A stretch of 64,000 nt of DNA from Macrostomum lignano (lineage: Eukaryota): NCBI GenBank assembly GCA_002269645.1, contig NIVC01001592.1, forward strand, positions 124,001 to 188,000, in the 5' to 3' direction. Below are positions 60,755 through 64,000 of the stretch, one piece after another (position 1 is the first letter of the stretch; each line of letters starts with the position of its first letter). Both the position numbers and the translations under genes were made by a program. A model generated the notes under the pieces. That model was not told the origin of the DNA. It did no database searches and saw nothing but the letters and a program-made list of their open reading frames with translations.

Positions 60755-61420
60755 CCTGGGAGGCTGGCCCAGCAACTGAGGATTTGGGAGGCTGGCCCAG
60801 CACCTGAGGATCTGAAAGGCTGGCCCAGCAGCTGAGGATCTGGGAGGCTGGCCCAGCACCTGAGGATCTGGGAGGCTGGCCCAGCAGCTGAGGATCTGGG
60901 AGGCTGGCCCAGCACCTGAGGATCTGGGAGGCTGGCCCAGCAGCTGAGGATCTGGGAGGCTGGCCCAGCACCTGAGGATCTGGGAGGCTGGCCCAGCAGC
61001 TGAGGATCTGGGAGGCTGGCCCAGCAGCTGAGGATCTGGGAGGCTGGCCCAGCAGCTGAGGATCTGGGAGGCTGGCCCAGCACCTGAGGATCTGGGAGGC
61101 TGGCCCAGCAGCTGAGGATCTGGGAGGCTGGCCCAGCACCTGAGGATCTGGGAGGCTGGCCCAGCAGCTGAGGATCTGGGAGGCTGGCCCAGCACCTGAG
61201 GATCTGGGAGGCTGGCCCAGCAGCTGAGGATCTGGGAGGCTGGCCCAGCACCTGAGGATCTGGGAGGCTGGCCCAGCAGCTGAGGATCTGGGAGGCTGGC
61301 CCAGCACCTGAGGATCTGGGAGGCTGGCCCAGCAGCTGAGGATCTGGGAGGCTGGCCCAGCAGCTGACACTCTGGGAGGCTGGCCCAGCAGCTGAGGATC
61401 TGGAGGCTGGCGGTGGTTTA
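60755..61420 (-). repeat. 28-bp minisatellite family X, copy 3
   Basis: GGAGGCTGGCCCAGCAGCTGAGGATCTG tandem copies. Confidence 0.94.
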
Positions 61421-61702
61421 GCAACTGAGGATATGAGACAATGGAAATATACAAATAAATAATAAAACTTTAGCTGCAAAAATGTTAAAGAACTTAAAGT
61501 TTATCTGATGAAACAATTATGTATTTATAAGCAGCTTGTGAATTTTACAAGAAATCCTACACGAATAAAATGATTTTTTGTATGGAACAAATGCTTGACT
61601 TTCAGAATAAATTTAGTACATAGGCGTGCAACTATTTTATTGCGGACATTAAGGCGGCTTGAAGATCTTTTTTAGGGTTCTGAAGTCTTCGCTCCGAGTC
61701 CC

Positions 61703-62148
61703 GATTTGACAGCTTTGAGTCCCGATTTGACAGCTCGGGACTTGAAGCTGTCAAATCGGGACTTGAAGCTGTCAAATCGTAACTTGAAGCTGTCAAAACG
61801 GGACTTGAAGCTGTCAAATCGGGACTTGAAACTGCCAAATCGGGACTTGAAACTGACAAATCGGGACTTGAAGCTGTCAAATCGGGACTTGAAGCTGTCA
61901 AATCGGGACTTGAAGCTGTCAAAATGGGACTCGAAGCTGTCAAAACGGGACTTGAAGCTGTCAAAATGGGACTTGAAGCTGTCAAATCGGGACTTGAAGC
62001 TGTCAAATCGGGACTTGAAACTGTCAAATCGGGACTTGAAGCTGTCAAAATGGGACTTGAAGCTGTCAAAATGGGACTTGAAGCTGTCAAATCGGGACTT
62101 GAAGCTGTCAAATCGGGACTTGAAGCTGTCAAATCGGGACTTGAAACT
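61703..62148. repeat. 21-bp minisatellite GGGACTTGAAGCTGTCAAATC
   Basis: Tandem copies. Confidence 0.94.
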
Positions 62149-62324
62149 TCTACTTTATTAAGAATGGACAAAATAATGAACAAACTATTGACAATAATTA
62201 AATTAAGCCCTACCACGATCACACAAGTAAGTACATTTTTAAGCAAATATTAAGCTATAAGCATCGGACTTATAATTAGTAGACAAACAGTTTTTGAAAT
62301 CTCGACAATTATTACACATCTTTC

Positions 62325-62524
62325 TCATTGGCTATAGGAAGATACCCCAGCAGAATCCTGTCTATGTGTAGAAGATTTAGCCGATTGAGAAACAGGATTA
62401 GCAGCAGCTGAAGAGTTGCCGCCACCCAGCTCGCAGCAGCTCTGCCGTACGTGACGAAATCTTGCGCAACAATCAATCAGATTTTGCACAGCCGAGCGAC
62501 ACTCCTCCGGGTTGTAGTTGTGAC
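62325..62524 (-). CDS. CMC4: Last exon of a small twin-Cx9C mitochondrial protein (CMC4/p8-MTCP1-like)
   Basis: HNYNPEECRSAVQNLIDCCARF contains Cx9C followed by CC, like ANSYMESKCQAVIQELRKCCAQY of CMC4. Acceptor TTTTCAACAG at 62525. First exon not located. Confidence 0.6.
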
Positions 62525-62640
62525 CTGTTGAAAAGCTCAAGTACAGCATATAATGCACTAAGTAACTAAGTCGCAACAGTCATGATTATACACAGATACT
62601 AGAAAAACTAGATGGGCCACTCAGCACATTTGCGTGTGAA

Positions 62641-62935
62641 CTACTTTCAGTTCAGTAGTAAGTTAAACAGAAGCATTTTAATGTATTTTTAAAGCCAAGG
62701 CTCATTTATTGGCTCTTACCCCCAGCTTAAACCCTCAAATCGAGCCTTTCAACACTACCCCCCGCCACCCAATTTTTATTGCCTTTCAGTGGACTGGCTA
62801 ATGTACATTATTGCTGAACCAATTAGCAAGCTGCAAGCTGTTTACGCCTGCAAGCTTGGGCTTCTAAACTTATCAAAGTCATTTCAGCTGCCTTTATTTT
62901 TTATAAAATAGCTTATGCTACTGAACTGAAAGTAG
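62641..62935. mobile_element. Small MITE-like element
   Basis: Perfect 18-bp inverted repeat CTACTTTCAGTTCAGTAG. No convincing TSD. Confidence 0.5.
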
Positions 62936-64000
62936 AAAGCCTTTTTACTAAGCATATATGCCTGAGTGGCTGATCTAGTTATTTTAGTATCTGTGTGATT
63001 ATAAGAAAAGTGGCTTACGCGCCAGACAGTCCTGTATGGCACAGGCAAACTTCTGACAGGGGGACGACTGAAAAAATAATTAAAATATAGTACTGACTTT
63101 TGGGATTGTTGTTACTTTTAGTGATAGATACAATAACTAGCATTAGTATTGTTACTAATGAGTAGTATTAGTTCAGACTCCCTATTATAATAAAATAGGA
63201 CAATGCATCAGGGATCAAGTCTACCAGTATACTTATGAAATTTTGAGTGCATATTTGCCAATAGATTGTACACTAGTTGATGATGAGAACAGGCCTATAT
63301 AATACATTCTGATAGACCCATGTGATATACCCTGTGTGATAGGCCTCTATGATACATTCTGTATGATGGACCCATGTGATATACATTGTATGACAGGCCT
63401 ATTTGATACATCCTATATTACAAGCCTATGATAGCCTTTTGCAATATGTTTAGATGACAAGCCTATGTGATGGACAAAAATGATAGTTCTAAATGTGTTT
63501 GCATATAGATATAAACTATGTGCATGCTTAAGGGTTAATTAAAATCAAATAGATATGACTCCTTGCCTCCTTATGGTCATATAGTATAAATAAATAAAAA
63601 TTGCTTCAATTTGTATAATAGTATCTAAAATCTTCCTAAAAGCAAAAATGTACCATCTTGAAATAAAACAATATTATAATAATTATATTTTATACCTTAG
63701 TTAGCATTTTCGGACTTTTTTGGCTTGTCCCTTTTTACTAAAATTAATTGAAAATGCTTCTCCTTGCAAACTACACATGTTTACAATTGTAGTCTATACT
63801 TTATAATAATCTAATTTATCATTCATCAAAGCATAGTTGTTGATATCAATGACTGTAAACTTATTTAATAAATAGAAAATAGACTTAATTCATTATTAAT
63901 ATGTTTATATTTAATAGAAAAAGAGTATAGGCTAATTCAAAAGGTTTATTTATTATATAGGCCTACTATATTTAGGAATTTTACTACATTTTTCAGATAT

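Noticed and set aside
61632-62246. 204-aa ORF with hydrophobic N-terminus and TASSPDL mucin-like repeats
   Set aside because: Starts at TTG, the hydrophobicity comes from AT-rich antisense sequence, and the repeat is open on both strands.

Overview
Eukaryotic (metazoan) genomic DNA with spliceosomal GT-AG genes. Exons are GC-rich with Ala/Ser/Gln low complexity and most introns are filled with minisatellites. This style suggests a free-living flatworm such as Macrostomum (inference, not verified). Genes supported by motifs plus splice-phase-consistent exon chains: AFG1L (3' part), UQCC1/CBP3, a dienelactone hydrolase (CMBL-like), a DEG/ENaC channel, two near-identical TRAF genes flanking an ANKRD11/12 orthologue (with an apparent frameshift), a short BAP31/29, MEK1/2, a divergent NR3/ERR-like nuclear receptor and a CMC4-like exon. 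A ~10 kb island (37.6-47.5 kb) holds non-autonomous DNA transposons with verifiable 8-bp TSDs and a decayed Gypsy RT. Most long ORFs in the supplied track are minisatellite artefacts. Most interesting: (1) UQCC1 has no in-frame ATG but starts exactly in frame at a splice acceptor ~440 nt after the AFG1L poly(A) signal, which fits an operon using the flatworm spliced-leader AUG as initiator; (2) the TRAF paralogues share only CDS+intron, with all-replacement changes in the RING/Zn-finger half and all-silent changes in the TRAF-C domain; (3) the nuclear receptor has an atypical P-box and finger spacing; (4) the ENaC subunit has changes in both the HG motif and the GAS filter; (5) a CA(A/G)GGAC-terminated element family is present, one member enclosing Gypsy RT. 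All coordinates and counts were read by eye.
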